A DNA stretch of 64,000 bases from Acrocarpospora phusangensis (GCF_016862995.1 NZ_BOOA01000031.1:1-64000); one strand, 5' to 3'; counted from the first letter of the stretch, positions 38,670-48,237 are shown. Numbers and translations are program-made. The notes: generated by a model not told the origin, from the letters alone.

Positions 38670-38788
38670 GCGCCCAAGCTAGCCGAGGATCACAGTTCGG
38701 CGTGACGATATGAATCACTTTCGGGTTGCGCGGGACAGCGGCTTCGCGGTTGTTCGCGCGCCCGGTGAGCTATTGCCACTAACCTTCT

Positions 38789-40459
38789 GTGCTCATGCTG
38801 CTACTGCGGGTCATCGCATCCTTCGTCCTGTTATCGCCGCCCGTTCCCAGCACGGAGGTGGGCCAGCTGCTGGGGGTGCCCGCGTACTTCGCGCCCGCCA
38901 CCTGGGGGCGGCTGAGCGGCCCCGGGATCGCGGTCGCCAACCCGGTCTCCGGGCCGGGACGCACCGTGGACGCCGAGCTCGCGCAGGCCATGCGGGCGGC
39001 GCACGAGCGCGGCGTCACCGTGCTCGGCTACGTGACCACCGGCTACCTCGGGCGGACCGGCAGAGTCACCCGGTTCGGCGAGACCGGCCGCGCCGCCTGG
39101 CTGGCCCAGACCCAGCAGGAGATCGCCGCCTGGTACCGCCTCTACGGCGAGCACGGCCTGACCGGCGTCTTCCTGGACGAGGTCGCCGACGACTGCGCCT
39201 CCGCCGACGGCTACCGCGACCTGCGCGCCTTCACCCGCCGGTACGACCCGGCCGCCCGCCTGGCCGCCAACCCCGGCACCGGCGTGCCCGAATGCTTCTC
39301 CGACGTCGCCGACGTGCTCGTCTCCTTCGAGGGCGACCTGGAGACCTACCGCGGCTGGCAGCCCCCGCAGTGGCAGCTCACCCAGGACCCCCGCCGCTTC
39401 TGGCACCTCGTCCACGACGCCCCCGCCCCGGCCGAGGCCATGAACCTGGGCAAACAACGCAACGCCGGATACATGTACGTGACCCCCGACGTCCTCGCCA
39501 ACCCCTGGGACACCCTGCCCGGCGACGACTACCTGGCGGCCGAGAAACAGGCGGCGCAGGCCACCGACACCGTGCCGCCGTCCCGTCCGGGCCAGCCGGA
39601 GGCGGTCCGCCGCGACCTGGTCAGCCTGTCGCTGCGCTGGTCCGCGTCGCCGGACGCCGTCGCGTACGAGGTCTACGTGGACGGCCAGCACGTCACCGGC
39701 ACCCTCGGCGCGACCCCCGCCGTCGAACTCGCCCAGCTCAGGTCCGGCCGGCCGTACGAGATCCGGGTCCGGGCCAGGGACCACGCCGGCAACCTCTCCC
39801 ACTTCAGCCCGCCGGCCCGGCTCTCCACGCTCCCGTGCCCCGGCGTACGGCCCGCGCCGCCGGAGGACCTCGCCGCCGCCCAGATCCGCCCGTCCGGGCT
39901 GCGCCTGAGCTGGACGGCCTCCCCGGGCGCGCACGCCTACGACGTCTACCGCGACGGCCGCCTCATCTCCACCACCCCCGGTACGGCTCTCGCCGTCGGC
40001 GCGCTCAGCCCCGCCACGCCGTACACCTTCACGGTCGTCGCCAGGAACGACGCGGGCGGCGCGTCCGGACCCGACCTGACCGTCACCACCGCCACGGCCG
40101 GAAGCGCCCCCATCACCGACCCGGCGGGCGAGATCGGCCCCGACTCGGTCGTCTACTCCGTCCGGTACGGCACCGCCTTCGACGTGCACCAGGTCCTCCT
40201 CGACCTGGACGGCGACGAGACCACCGGCCTGCCCGTGCTCGGCCTGGGCGCCGACCACCTGGTGGAGAGCGGCTGGCTGTTCCGCCACCAGGGCCCGGCG
40301 TGGGCCTGGACCCCGGTCGCGCCCGTGGACCTGGACGTCTCCGACGACCTGCACGTGTGGCGTGTCCCCAAGTCCGCCCACCCGGCGATCTCCGCGCATC
40401 GGGCGGTCTTCCGCGGCGCCACCCCGGACTCCTACAGCGAGGTGATCACCGTCGAGTGA
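38789..40459 (+). CDS. spherulation-specific family 4 (spherulin-4-like) protein with two fibronectin type III domains
   Basis: N-terminal spherulin-4-like region ('VTVLGYVTTGYLGRTG'). Two FN3-like repeats ('YEVYVDGQHVTG', 'YDVYRDGRLIS'). The start may be internal. Confidence 0.65.
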   Translation: MLMLLLRVIASFVLLSPPVPSTEVGQLLGVPAYFAPATWGRLSGPGIAVANPVSGPGRTVDAELAQAMRAAHERGVTVLGYVTTGYLGRTGRVTRFGETGRAAWLAQTQQEIAAWYRLYGEHGLTGVFLDEVADDCASADGYRDLRAFTRRYDPAARLAANPGTGVPECFSDVADVLVSFEGDLETYRGWQPPQWQLTQDPRRFWHLVHDAPAPAEAMNLGKQRNAGYMYVTPDVLANPWDTLPGDDYLAAEKQAAQATDTVPPSRPGQPEAVRRDLVSLSLRWSASPDAVAYEVYVDGQHVTGTLGATPAVELAQLRSGRPYEIRVRARDHAGNLSHFSPPARLSTLPCPGVRPAPPEDLAAAQIRPSGLRLSWTASPGAHAYDVYRDGRLISTTPGTALAVGALSPATPYTFTVVARNDAGGASGPDLTVTTATAGSAPITDPAGEIGPDSVVYSVRYGTAFDVHQVLLDLDGDETTGLPVLGLGADHLVESGWLFRHQGPAWAWTPVAPVDLDVSDDLHVWRVPKSAHPAISAHRAVFRGATPDSYSEVITVE

Positions 40460-41374
40460 TCAGCTGTCCCACAGGTCGGGCACCCGGCTGCTGAGCTTCT
40501 CGGCCGCGGACCACAGTTCCAGCAGCCAGGGCACGGCCTCCCCGGTGCCCGCCACCAGCGAGCGGTCCTCCGTGAGCGTGCCCACCCGCGGGTCGAAGGC
40601 GCGCCCGGAGGGGTCGGTGACCCGCAGGCCCGCCTCGGTGGCGATCAGCGCGCCCGCGTGCAGGTCCAGCTCGCCGATCTCGTAGCCGACGATGCCGTCC
40701 AGGTCGCCCCTGGCCAGCATGACCCAGCTCAGCAGCGGCGCCCACAGCCGCAGCACCCGGGTGGACTCCCGGTCGAGCACCAGCCGCAGCGCGGTCGCGG
40801 TCGGGTCCTCCGGCGTGACCCGGTAGCCCTGGTTCCACGCCAGCGTCGGGCGGCTGCGCGGGGGCCGCTCCCGCCGGACGAGCGGGCGGTCCCGGCCCGC
40901 GAACGCGCCCTGGTGGCGCACGGCCGACCAGGTGTGCCCGGAGCCCGGCTCGTGCACCGCCGCCACGACCGGCAGGCCGCGCAGGCAGAGCGTGATCCCC
41001 ACCGTGTAGACGTTGAGGCCCATCGCGATGTTGTTGGTCCCGTCCAGCGGGTCGACCAGCCAGTTCCACCGCACGTCGCCGCTGAGCGTGCCCGCCTCCT
41101 CCGAGACGATCTGGTGGTGCGGGTAGCGGGCCCTGATCCGGTCCACGATCAGCCGCTCGGCGGCCAGGTCCAGCTCGGTGACCAGGTCGCCCTCGCTCTT
41201 CGCCCAGACGTCGAAGTGCCGGTCGGACCGGCCGCGCAGCAGGCTCCCGGCGCTCTCGGCCGCGTCGATCGCCACATACCGGGCCTGTTGAAGGTCAACC
41301 GTCTCCCGCCGCATCCCTGAAGCCCTTCTCGCCGGGATCACCGGTCCAGTCCCAAGACTTTCGCCGCGATGCAC
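40460..41374 (-). CDS. inositol monophosphatase family protein
   Basis: 'WLVDPLDGTNN' IMPase motif. Confidence 0.8.
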   Translation of the reverse strand: MHRGESLGTGPVIPARRASGMRRETVDLQQARYVAIDAAESAGSLLRGRSDRHFDVWAKSEGDLVTELDLAAERLIVDRIRARYPHHQIVSEEAGTLSGDVRWNWLVDPLDGTNNIAMGLNVYTVGITLCLRGLPVVAAVHEPGSGHTWSAVRHQGAFAGRDRPLVRRERPPRSRPTLAWNQGYRVTPEDPTATALRLVLDRESTRVLRLWAPLLSWVMLARGDLDGIVGYEIGELDLHAGALIATEAGLRVTDPSGRAFDPRVGTLTEDRSLVAGTGEAVPWLLELWSAAEKLSSRVPDLWDS

Positions 41375-41931
41375 AGTTCGTCGTGTCCCCCGGGATGCCT
41401 GATCACGTCATGTGAGGGCGCCGCTACGTCTCCCAGACTAAGTTCCTGGTTCTCGCGATGGTTGTCGGCCATCACAAGTGTGGCGGTCGCGCCAAGGGCG
41501 GCGGTGGCGTGGAAGCGGCCCGCCGCGAGGCCGTAGAACTGGCCGGCGCCGAAGTGCTCGGAGGCGACCGTGGTCTGCCGGACCAGCCGGGAGGTGCGCC
41601 GCAGCCGGTCCCCCGCCGAGCCGGGCCGGATGGTGAAGACCCGGTGGGTGGGCGCGGTGTCGTCCGGCACCACGTCGATCAGGTCGTTGCGGAGCGTCCC
41701 GGTGAGCACGTAGCTGGTCAGGCCCCAGCTGTGGGCGTGCACCGGGGAGGTGGTGGGCGCGTCGAACACCAGGTCGTCCGACCAGACGTGCAGGCAGAGG
41801 CCGAACCTCGGGCCGCGGTGCATGGGCACGCACAGGAAGCCGAGCGGGTGCCGGACCGTGACGGGGCTCGATCTGAGCAGGTCGTGCGCGGCGGCCAGGA
41901 ACGCGCCGTCGGGGGAGGCGGCCAGCAGCAT
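41338..41931 (-). CDS. hypothetical protein (possibly cupin-like); start approximate
   Basis: Protein-like composition from 'MLLAASPDGAF...'. Paired His motifs 'HVW...HAHSW'. The upstream 55 codons of the listed ORF are Arg/Ser/Pro junk. Confidence 0.45.
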   Translation of the reverse strand: MLLAASPDGAFLAAAHDLLRSSPVTVRHPLGFLCVPMHRGPRFGLCLHVWSDDLVFDAPTTSPVHAHSWGLTSYVLTGTLRNDLIDVVPDDTAPTHRVFTIRPGSAGDRLRRTSRLVRQTTVASEHFGAGQFYGLAAGRFHATAALGATATLVMADNHRENQELSLGDVAAPSHDVIRHPGGHDELCIAAKVLGLDR

Positions 41932-41983
41932 GCGCCGCAGGCCCGCCGCGTGTTCGCCGGCCTGGTGCGGCCCGCCGGTCCGC

Positions 41984-42967
41984 TCAGGAGTACGGGTTCT
42001 TCGGCCGGATCGCCTTGGCGACGATCTGCGGTATGAGGTCATGGGAAACCACCAAGGGGACGTCGAGTGCGTCGAAGAGCCGGAGGACCTCATCGACGGT
42101 CGGCTCGGCGCTGAGCGCGATTCCGTCTGCTTTATCGAGATGGACCGGCCTGGCCTGATCGAGACTGGTCCGCAGTTCGGTTTCGTACGAGGCGTAGAGG
42201 AAACTCTGCCGGGGCACGACCATGGCGGGCCCGTCGTCCTGGGTGATCACCAATCTGTCGTCGGACATATCACACCGGAAGATTCCCATGGTGGTGGCCA
42301 GGCCGATCCGCACGTCCAGCAGGCTGTACATGGCCTGGTACCAGCAGGCCGCGAAAATCGTGGCGTACGACTCCAGCTGGGTGCGCTCGGTCGTCCATAT
42401 TTCGCCGGTTCCGTCCGGGAGTTCCGAGACTGAGCGGCGAAAACGGGCGTACCGATCGCACACGGTTAAGTCGGTGGGGTCCAGGATTTCCAGGCGGACG
42501 TTGAGCGGGCGGCGTTCCAGACGGGCGCGGCGAATCAGCTCCGGCAGGGTCACGGCGCGGATGTACGTTCCGGTGCCGCCGCGGAACAGCCACCGCCCGG
42601 TGTTCTCCCGCGCCCGGGCGAGTTCCTCGGCCACCGACTCCCGACGTGACCTGATCTGGGCCAGCGACTGCTCGCCGAGCGCCACCGTGGCCTGCGCGAG
42701 CACCGTGTTGGCGCGGGCCATCTCGGCGGCCACGCCGTCCATGCCGCGCAGCGTCTCGACGATCTCCTCGGTCATCTCGGCCCGCCGCCAGCGGTCCCGC
42801 AGAATCGACAGGGAAAGCACGCCCAATGTGACCAGAACGGCATTTCCGGTCACTGCTTCCGACGCGACGGACGTGATACCCAGGATGCCCACCACGACCG
42901 CGATGCCCAGAGCCAGTACGGCGTCCGCCTCGTTGGCGAGCCTGCCGAGTATTCGCAGCAACGTCAC
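41984..42967 (-). CDS. membrane-anchored hypothetical protein (2 TM, then a coiled coil, then an unknown C-terminal domain)
   Basis: 327 aa, balanced composition, N-terminal TM helices. Confidence 0.55.
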   Translation of the reverse strand: MTLLRILGRLANEADAVLALGIAVVVGILGITSVASEAVTGNAVLVTLGVLSLSILRDRWRRAEMTEEIVETLRGMDGVAAEMARANTVLAQATVALGEQSLAQIRSRRESVAEELARARENTGRWLFRGGTGTYIRAVTLPELIRRARLERRPLNVRLEILDPTDLTVCDRYARFRRSVSELPDGTGEIWTTERTQLESYATIFAACWYQAMYSLLDVRIGLATTMGIFRCDMSDDRLVITQDDGPAMVVPRQSFLYASYETELRTSLDQARPVHLDKADGIALSAEPTVDEVLRLFDALDVPLVVSHDLIPQIVAKAIRPKNPYS

Positions 42968-43093
42968 CCGACCCCCAGGAATGGTGATGCGAGTAGGGTA
43001 ACAGGGAAATAGCGGGAAATGCAGTCCTAGTTACTCGGAAATCGGGGCGGGGGGAATCTGGGGAATTACACCGATGTATGCGATCCCGGGAAA

Positions 43094-43564
43094 TCACCGT
43101 TCGAAGATTGTCACGGTGATCCGGGTGGGGGCCTCAATCCGGATGATTCGCGTCACCCGGGGGTTGCGCTCCAGTAATGGCCGCTCGATGAGCGTCCAGA
43201 AGTTCAGGGTGGCCAGGTCGTAATCCATCGGCAGGATCACCCGCACCTCCCCGGAACAGGCCACCGCGAACCGCGCCGACAACATCGCCCACGCGTCCTC
43301 GGCTTCCTCGCCCGGCGCGGACGGCGGGAGCACGACCCCGCGCAGCGACATGACGGCTCCGATGGTCTCGCCGCCGAGCGTCCGGGCGAGTTCCTCCGCG
43401 TAGGCGGCGTCCACGCCCGACCAGAAGATCGCCCGGTTGGGGGAGGTGCGGACATCGAGCAGGGCGACGCGGTCACACAGTCCGCCGGGGGCGACGCGGG
43501 GTCTGTCCAGCACAATCGCGTGTGCCATGGTCTGAGAATGCGGCAGCGACCCAGCTGATCTCAA
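43094..43564 (-). CDS. hypothetical protein
   Basis: 156 aa, balanced composition. The start is possibly at MAHAIV. Confidence 0.45.
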   Translation of the reverse strand: MRSAGSLPHSQTMAHAIVLDRPRVAPGGLCDRVALLDVRTSPNRAIFWSGVDAAYAEELARTLGGETIGAVMSLRGVVLPPSAPGEEAEDAWAMLSARFAVACSGEVRVILPMDYDLATLNFWTLIERPLLERNPRVTRIIRIEAPTRITVTIFER

Positions 43565-43599
43565 GGGGAGCCCGTCCGGGCCCGCCGATCACGACGGAA

Positions 43600-44230
43600 C
43601 CGATCTCCCCCACCGCCCACCCTGCGCTTTGGAGGGTTGACCAGGCCTGCGGGGCCTGCCCTGCCTGGGTGTGGTTCTGGCGGGGACGTTTCCACGTTTT
43701 GGCCAGCGGTGGTTGTTCCCGCCCGCCCACCCCGTTGCCCTGGCGGGCTGCCTGGCCTCACGGGGTGTACCCGCCCGGAGTAACTCCGACCGGGATACCC
43801 GTGCGCGATTTGCCGGCAGTGGCAGTTCCCGCCCGCCACCCCACCGAACCGGCAGGCAGAGCCAGGGCCGGGCAGGCTGGCCGACGGGGATAGCACCCGT
43901 GCCGCTTCCGGAGGTCTCGGCAGGGGGTCGATGGTCGCGCGTCCGGGGGCCTGGCTGTGTGTCAGGCTGCGCGAGCGTGAAAGGGGTGGGTGGGGCAGCA
44001 CCCGTGCCGCTTCTGGGGGTCTCCGCAGGGGGTCGATGGTCGTGTGTCCGGGGGCCTGGCTGTGTGGCCGGCTGCGCGCGAGCGCGAATAAGGGTGGGTG
44101 GGTGGGGCAGCAACTGTGCCGCCTTCGGAGGCCTGCGCAAGGGGGCCCGGCCGTGTGTCCGGGGGCCCGGCCGTGTGGCCGGCTGCGCGCGAGCGCGAAC
44201 AAGGGTGGGAGAACCACGGTAAGCCGTCGC
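43600..44230. repeat. degenerate tandem repeats (period about 105-110 bp; three clear units at 43889-44215) containing G-quadruplex-type motifs
   Basis: Direct reading: units start near 43889, 43996 and 44108 ('GCACCCGTGCCGCTTC...GGGGGTCGATGGTCG...GTCCGGGGGCCTGGCTGTGTG...GCTGCGCG(CG)AGCG...GGGTGGGTGGG'). Older, more diverged copies lie at 43700-43880. G4-type motifs 'GGGGTGGGTGGGG' and 'GGGTGGGTGGGTGGGG'. Confidence 0.8.
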
Positions 44231-44303
44231 GCAGCGACAAAGAGGGGACATGCGAGGCAGCCCGGGATGGGGGTGCCATCCCGGGCTGGGTGGTGTGGAG
44301 GGG

Positions 44304-44570
44304 TCAGTTGTGCTGGGGGCGCTGGGGCTCCCGGAACGGTGACGAGGACTGTGAGCGCGAGGATGGTGTGGACGAGGTCGACTGCGTGGTTGAGGTGCGC
44401 GATGTCGACGAGGCCGCCGACGTGCGCGAAGAGGATGAGCGTGCCGCCGAGGAGCGGCTGGCCGATGAGTCCTGGGAGCCTTCCCGCCGGGCGGTCCGGG
44501 CTTCCTTGATCGCGGCCTTCTTGGCCTTACCCGTGGCCTTGGCGGACTTCTTCTTCGGAGTGTCAGGCAT
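44304..44570 (-). CDS. small basic lysine-rich protein with Ser-rich tail (speculative)
   Basis: 88 aa 'MPDTPKKKSAKATGKAKKAAIKEARTARREG...'. G-rich RBS-like stretch upstream. GC3-rich codons. The low-complexity tail lowers confidence. Confidence 0.3.
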   Translation of the reverse strand: MPDTPKKKSAKATGKAKKAAIKEARTARREGSQDSSASRSSAARSSSSRTSAASSTSRTSTTQSTSSTPSSRSQSSSPFREPQRPQHN

Positions 44571-44703
44571 CTTGCCCCCGTTTGTCGTGTTATGCGGCCT
44601 ATGGAGCGGTTGATACCCATTTCAGCCAGTTAACACCCGTAACCTGGAGTCATGCCAGAATGATCCCGACGATTATTCTGGATGATTGTTCTGGAGGCCT
44701 CGC

Positions 44704-46221
44704 GTGTTCGATCTGGCGACGTTGCACGAGGCGCTCGCGGCAGCCGTACCGGACCGGGACTGCCTGGTCTGGCGGGACCGGCGGCTGAGCTGGCGGCAGG
44801 TGCACGAGCGTACGAACCGGCTCGGGAACCTGCTGCACGGCCACGGCCTGGGCGTGCCCGACCGCGTCGCCGTGTACCTGCACAACGGCCCCGAGTACCT
44901 GGAAACCCTGCTCGCCGCCCACAAGGCCCGCACGGTGCCCTTCAACGTGAACTACCGGTACACCGAACACGAACTCGCCTACCTGTTCGCCGACGCGAAG
45001 CCCCGCGCGGTCGTCTACCACGCGACCTTCGCGCCCCTCGTGGAGAAGGCCGCCAAGGACGCGCTCCTCATCCAGGTGCCGGACGAATCCGGCAACCCGC
45101 CTCCCGCGGGCGCGCTCGACTACGAGGAGGCCATCGCCGCCGCCGCACCGGACCCCGTCCCCGTCCGGCCCACCCCGGACGACCTGCACATCATGTACAC
45201 CGGCGGCACCACCGGCATGCCCAAAGGTGTGCTCTGGCGCATCGGCGACCTCCTCGACGGACCCCTCGGCGTCCGGTTCCCGTCCCTGGACGCGCTGGTC
45301 GCCCACGCCGTGGCCGCCCGCCGCAAGGTGCTCCCCGCGGCCCCGCTCATGCACGGCACCGGCCTGTGGTTCTCCCTCAGCGGCTGGTGCCTCGGCTCCA
45401 CCGTCGTGATCGCGGACCAGGTGGACCGCTTCGACCCGGCGGGCCTGCTGACCACCCTCGAACGCGAACAGGTGACCGGCACGATCATCGTCGGAGACGC
45501 GTTCGCGCGCCCGCTGGCCGAGGAGCTGGAGCGGCGCCCGTACCGGCTGGCGCTGGGCATGATCGGCACGTCGGGCGCGATGCTCGGGGACGGCCTGGCC
45601 GCGCGACTGGCCGAACTGATCCCCGGCGTGCGGATCGTGGACACCCTGGGCTCCTCGGAGTCCGGCAACAGCGCGGTCCGCCTGGACGGCGGGCCCTTCG
45701 TGGCGGGCCCGGACACCGTCGTGCTGAGCGCGGACAAGACCAGGCGCCTGGAGCCCGGCGGCGAGGAGATCGGCTGGCTGGCCAGAGGCGGCCCCATCCC
45801 GCTGGGCTACCTCGGCGACCCGGAGAAGACCGCCGACACGTTCGTGGAGATAGCGGGCGAGCGCTACGCCATCCCCGGAGACCGGGCCAGGCTCCGCGCC
45901 GACGGCACCGTCGAGCTGTACGGCCGCGAGGCCACCGTGATCAACACCGCCGGCGAGAAGGTCTACGCCGAGGAGGTCGAGGTCGCGCTCCGCGAGGTGC
46001 CCGGCGTGGTGGACGCCGTGGTCGTGGGCCGCCCAAGCGAGCGGTGGGGCCAGGAGGTGGTGGCGGTCGTCCAGAGCGACGTGCCCGACGAGGTGCTGCG
46101 CGCGGCGTGCGCGGAGCGCCTGGCCCGCTTCAAGCTACCGAAGGCGTTCGTCAGGGTCCCGCATGTGCGCCGTCATCCGAACGGGAAGGCTGACTACGCC
46201 TGGGCTCGTGAGGTGATCTAG
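44704..46221 (+). CDS. long-chain acyl-CoA synthetase (AMP-binding, FadD-like)
   Basis: 'YTGGTTGMPKG' AMP-binding motif. A GTG start at 44704 ('VFDLATLHEALAAAVPDRD') is more plausible than the listed ATG at 44686. Confidence 0.8.
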   Translation: MFDLATLHEALAAAVPDRDCLVWRDRRLSWRQVHERTNRLGNLLHGHGLGVPDRVAVYLHNGPEYLETLLAAHKARTVPFNVNYRYTEHELAYLFADAKPRAVVYHATFAPLVEKAAKDALLIQVPDESGNPPPAGALDYEEAIAAAAPDPVPVRPTPDDLHIMYTGGTTGMPKGVLWRIGDLLDGPLGVRFPSLDALVAHAVAARRKVLPAAPLMHGTGLWFSLSGWCLGSTVVIADQVDRFDPAGLLTTLEREQVTGTIIVGDAFARPLAEELERRPYRLALGMIGTSGAMLGDGLAARLAELIPGVRIVDTLGSSESGNSAVRLDGGPFVAGPDTVVLSADKTRRLEPGGEEIGWLARGGPIPLGYLGDPEKTADTFVEIAGERYAIPGDRARLRADGTVELYGREATVINTAGEKVYAEEVEVALREVPGVVDAVVVGRPSERWGQEVVAVVQSDVPDEVLRAACAERLARFKLPKAFVRVPHVRRHPNGKADYAWAREVI

Positions 46222-46600
46222 TCACCTCGAACCAGACGGTGGTGCCGTGGTCGGTGGTCATCGCCCCCCAGAGCGGGGTGAACTGGGAGACCAGGTGCAC
46301 GCCCCGGCCGAGCGCGGGCCGGGTCCAGCACGCGCAGCGGGACTGCGCGGAGAGCACCACCCGGCAGGTGTCCCGCGTGGTGGTGACCGCGATCGTGTAG
46401 CCCGCGAGATCGCCGCAGGCGACCGCGTGGCGGAGCGACTCGGAGATCAGCTCGCCGGCCAGCTGGACGGCGTCGTCCCGGCACGGATGGGCGGCGCCGA
46501 GGGAGTGCGAGATGAACCGGCGGGCCGCGCCCGCCTCCGCCGCGTCCCCGAAATAGGGTCGCGAGATCACGGTTCTCCCCGCGCGGTTGAGAATTGTCAT
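46151..46600 (-). CDS. ATP-binding protein (histidine-kinase-like ATPase / anti-sigma-factor-like)
   Basis: About 150 aa from 'MTILNRAG...'. Typical partner of XRE/DUF397 pairs in actinomycetes. The 3' end overlaps the convergent FadD gene by about 70 nt. Confidence 0.55.
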   Translation of the reverse strand: MTILNRAGRTVISRPYFGDAAEAGAARRFISHSLGAAHPCRDDAVQLAGELISESLRHAVACGDLAGYTIAVTTTRDTCRVVLSAQSRCACWTRPALGRGVHLVSQFTPLWGAMTTDHGTTVWFEVTRSPHEPRRSQPSRSDDGAHAGP

Positions 46601-46745
46601 TCCCTGATAACTCCCTGTGCACCCATGAAGGCAGCGCTCACTTGAGTCCGTGGCAGACTTCGATTCATCCTGCACCGTGGATTACATCTTTGCAATCCTG
46701 CGAATGCAATATTGCAAAGTGTCGTTTGTGGGGAGTTGTCCGCTT

Positions 46746-47588
46746 ATGAGCGTGGGACGTAGTCCTTCGGTCCGGTTGAGGCGCCTGGCCGGCGAACTCA
46801 TCCGGATGCGCTGTGAGGCGGGCTATTCACGCGAAGAAGTGGCCCAGATACTCGGACTGGCCAGTTCCACGGTGTATCGGATCGAGACCGGGCACACCCG
46901 GCCGCAGGGCCGGACCATGCGGGATCTCCTCGCTCTCTACGGCGCCAACGGACACGAGCGGGACGCCCTGCTCGAGCTGATCCGGGACGCCGGGCGTCGT
47001 GGGTGGTGGCACCATTTCGGGGACGTGCTCCCCGGGCCGTATGTCGGACTGGAAGCGGAAGCCGCCAGTGTCCGGAACTACGAGCCGGTGATGCTGCCCG
47101 GACTCCTGGAGACCGAGGCGTACGCCCGCGCGGTGATCGGTGCGGCTCTCGTGGAGGACCCCGAAGAGATCGAGCGGCGGATCACCGTACGGCTGGAGCG
47201 GCAACGGCGCCTGTCCGACCCGGCCTTCGAACTCTGGGTGGTTCTCGACGAGGCAGCCCTGCGGCGTCCCGTCGGGGGACCGTACGTCATGGCCGAGCAG
47301 TTGCGCAGGCTCCAGGAGATCGCCGTCCAGTCGAACGTCACCATCCAGGTGCTGCCGTTCGACGCGGGGGCGTACCTGGGGATGGGCAACCCGCTGGCGA
47401 TCCTCACCTTCGCGCATCCCGAGGATTCGGACGTGGTCTTCCTGGAGAGCGCGGGCGGTGAGCTCTACCTGGAGAGCGCCGACGACGTGCGCCGCTACGC
47501 CACGGTCTTCGATCATCTCCGCGCGGCCGCGCTCAGCCCGGAGAAGTCCAGAGAGAAGATCGAATCGGTCGAGAAGGAGATGGCATGA
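46746..47588 (+). CDS. XRE-family helix-turn-helix regulator with DUF5753 domain
   Basis: HTH 'REEVAQILGLASSTVYRIETG' from 'MSVGRSPSV'. ATGA overlap with the downstream DUF397 gene. Confidence 0.75.
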   Translation: MSVGRSPSVRLRRLAGELIRMRCEAGYSREEVAQILGLASSTVYRIETGHTRPQGRTMRDLLALYGANGHERDALLELIRDAGRRGWWHHFGDVLPGPYVGLEAEAASVRNYEPVMLPGLLETEAYARAVIGAALVEDPEEIERRITVRLERQRRLSDPAFELWVVLDEAALRRPVGGPYVMAEQLRRLQEIAVQSNVTIQVLPFDAGAYLGMGNPLAILTFAHPEDSDVVFLESAGGELYLESADDVRRYATVFDHLRAAALSPEKSREKIESVEKEMA

Positions 47589-47803
47589 AGGGCGTTCAGC
47601 CTACGGATCTGGCCGACGCTACGTGGCGGAAGGCCACCCGATCGAACACCCAGGGCAACCAGTGCGTCGAGGTCGCCCAGCTCAAGCACGGTATCGCCGT
47701 GCGCGACTCCAAGGACCCCGACGGTCCGAAGCTGATGTTCACCCCGGGCGAGTGGGACGCCTTCGTGCACGGGGTTAAGGGCGGGGAATTCGACCTCTCC
47801 TGA
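47585..47803 (+). CDS. DUF397 domain protein
   Basis: 'WRKATRSNTQGNQCVEVA' is the DUF397 hallmark. 72 aa. Confidence 0.8.
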   Translation: MKGVQPTDLADATWRKATRSNTQGNQCVEVAQLKHGIAVRDSKDPDGPKLMFTPGEWDAFVHGVKGGEFDLS

Positions 47804-47880
47804 CCCTGCATAGAAACCCGTACGGCCCGTGCGCCAGACCTCCCGGAGCGCGGGCCGTACGTCATGGTTGACCAGCCGGG

Positions 47881-48237
47881 TCAGCTGCAGGCGGCGCGCA
47901 GTTCCGAGTCGAAGTTGGCGCTCTTGGTGGTGAACTCGGTGATGGAGTTCGGGTCGGCCGGGTCGATCTTGAGGTCGCCCCAGGTGGTGGCCATGGTGTC
48001 GAGGGTCTTCTTGAGGTCACCGTCGGCCTTGGCGGAGATGTCGTTGAGCTTGCCGGCCAGGTCGGTGTTGGCCTTGTTGATGGCCTCGATGTCGGTGCCC
48101 GCGCCGGTGACCTGAGAGGTGTAGTCGAGCAGGGCCTTGGTGGCCTCGGCGCACAGCGCGGTGTTGGCTCCCAGTCCGCAGGCGGTCAGGAACGTGGTCG
48201 CGGCGACGGCGACGACAGTGAGGCGAACGATTCTCAT
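47881..48237 (-). CDS. hypothetical lipoprotein
   Basis: Signal peptide with lipobox 'LTAC'. 118 aa. Confidence 0.6.
   Translation of the reverse strand: MRIVRLTVVAVAATTFLTACGLGANTALCAEATKALLDYTSQVTGAGTDIEAINKANTDLAGKLNDISAKADGDLKKTLDTMATTWGDLKIDPADPNSITEFTTKSANFDSELRAACS

Noticed and set aside
43600-44230. possible CRISPR array
   Set aside because: The repeat units are about 107 bp and contiguous, with no unique spacers and no cas genes nearby.
43561-44620. Pro/Arg-rich ORFs (218 and 343 aa) spanning the 107-bp tandem repeats
   Set aside because: Their composition and repetitiveness derive from the non-coding repeat array. No protein-like features.
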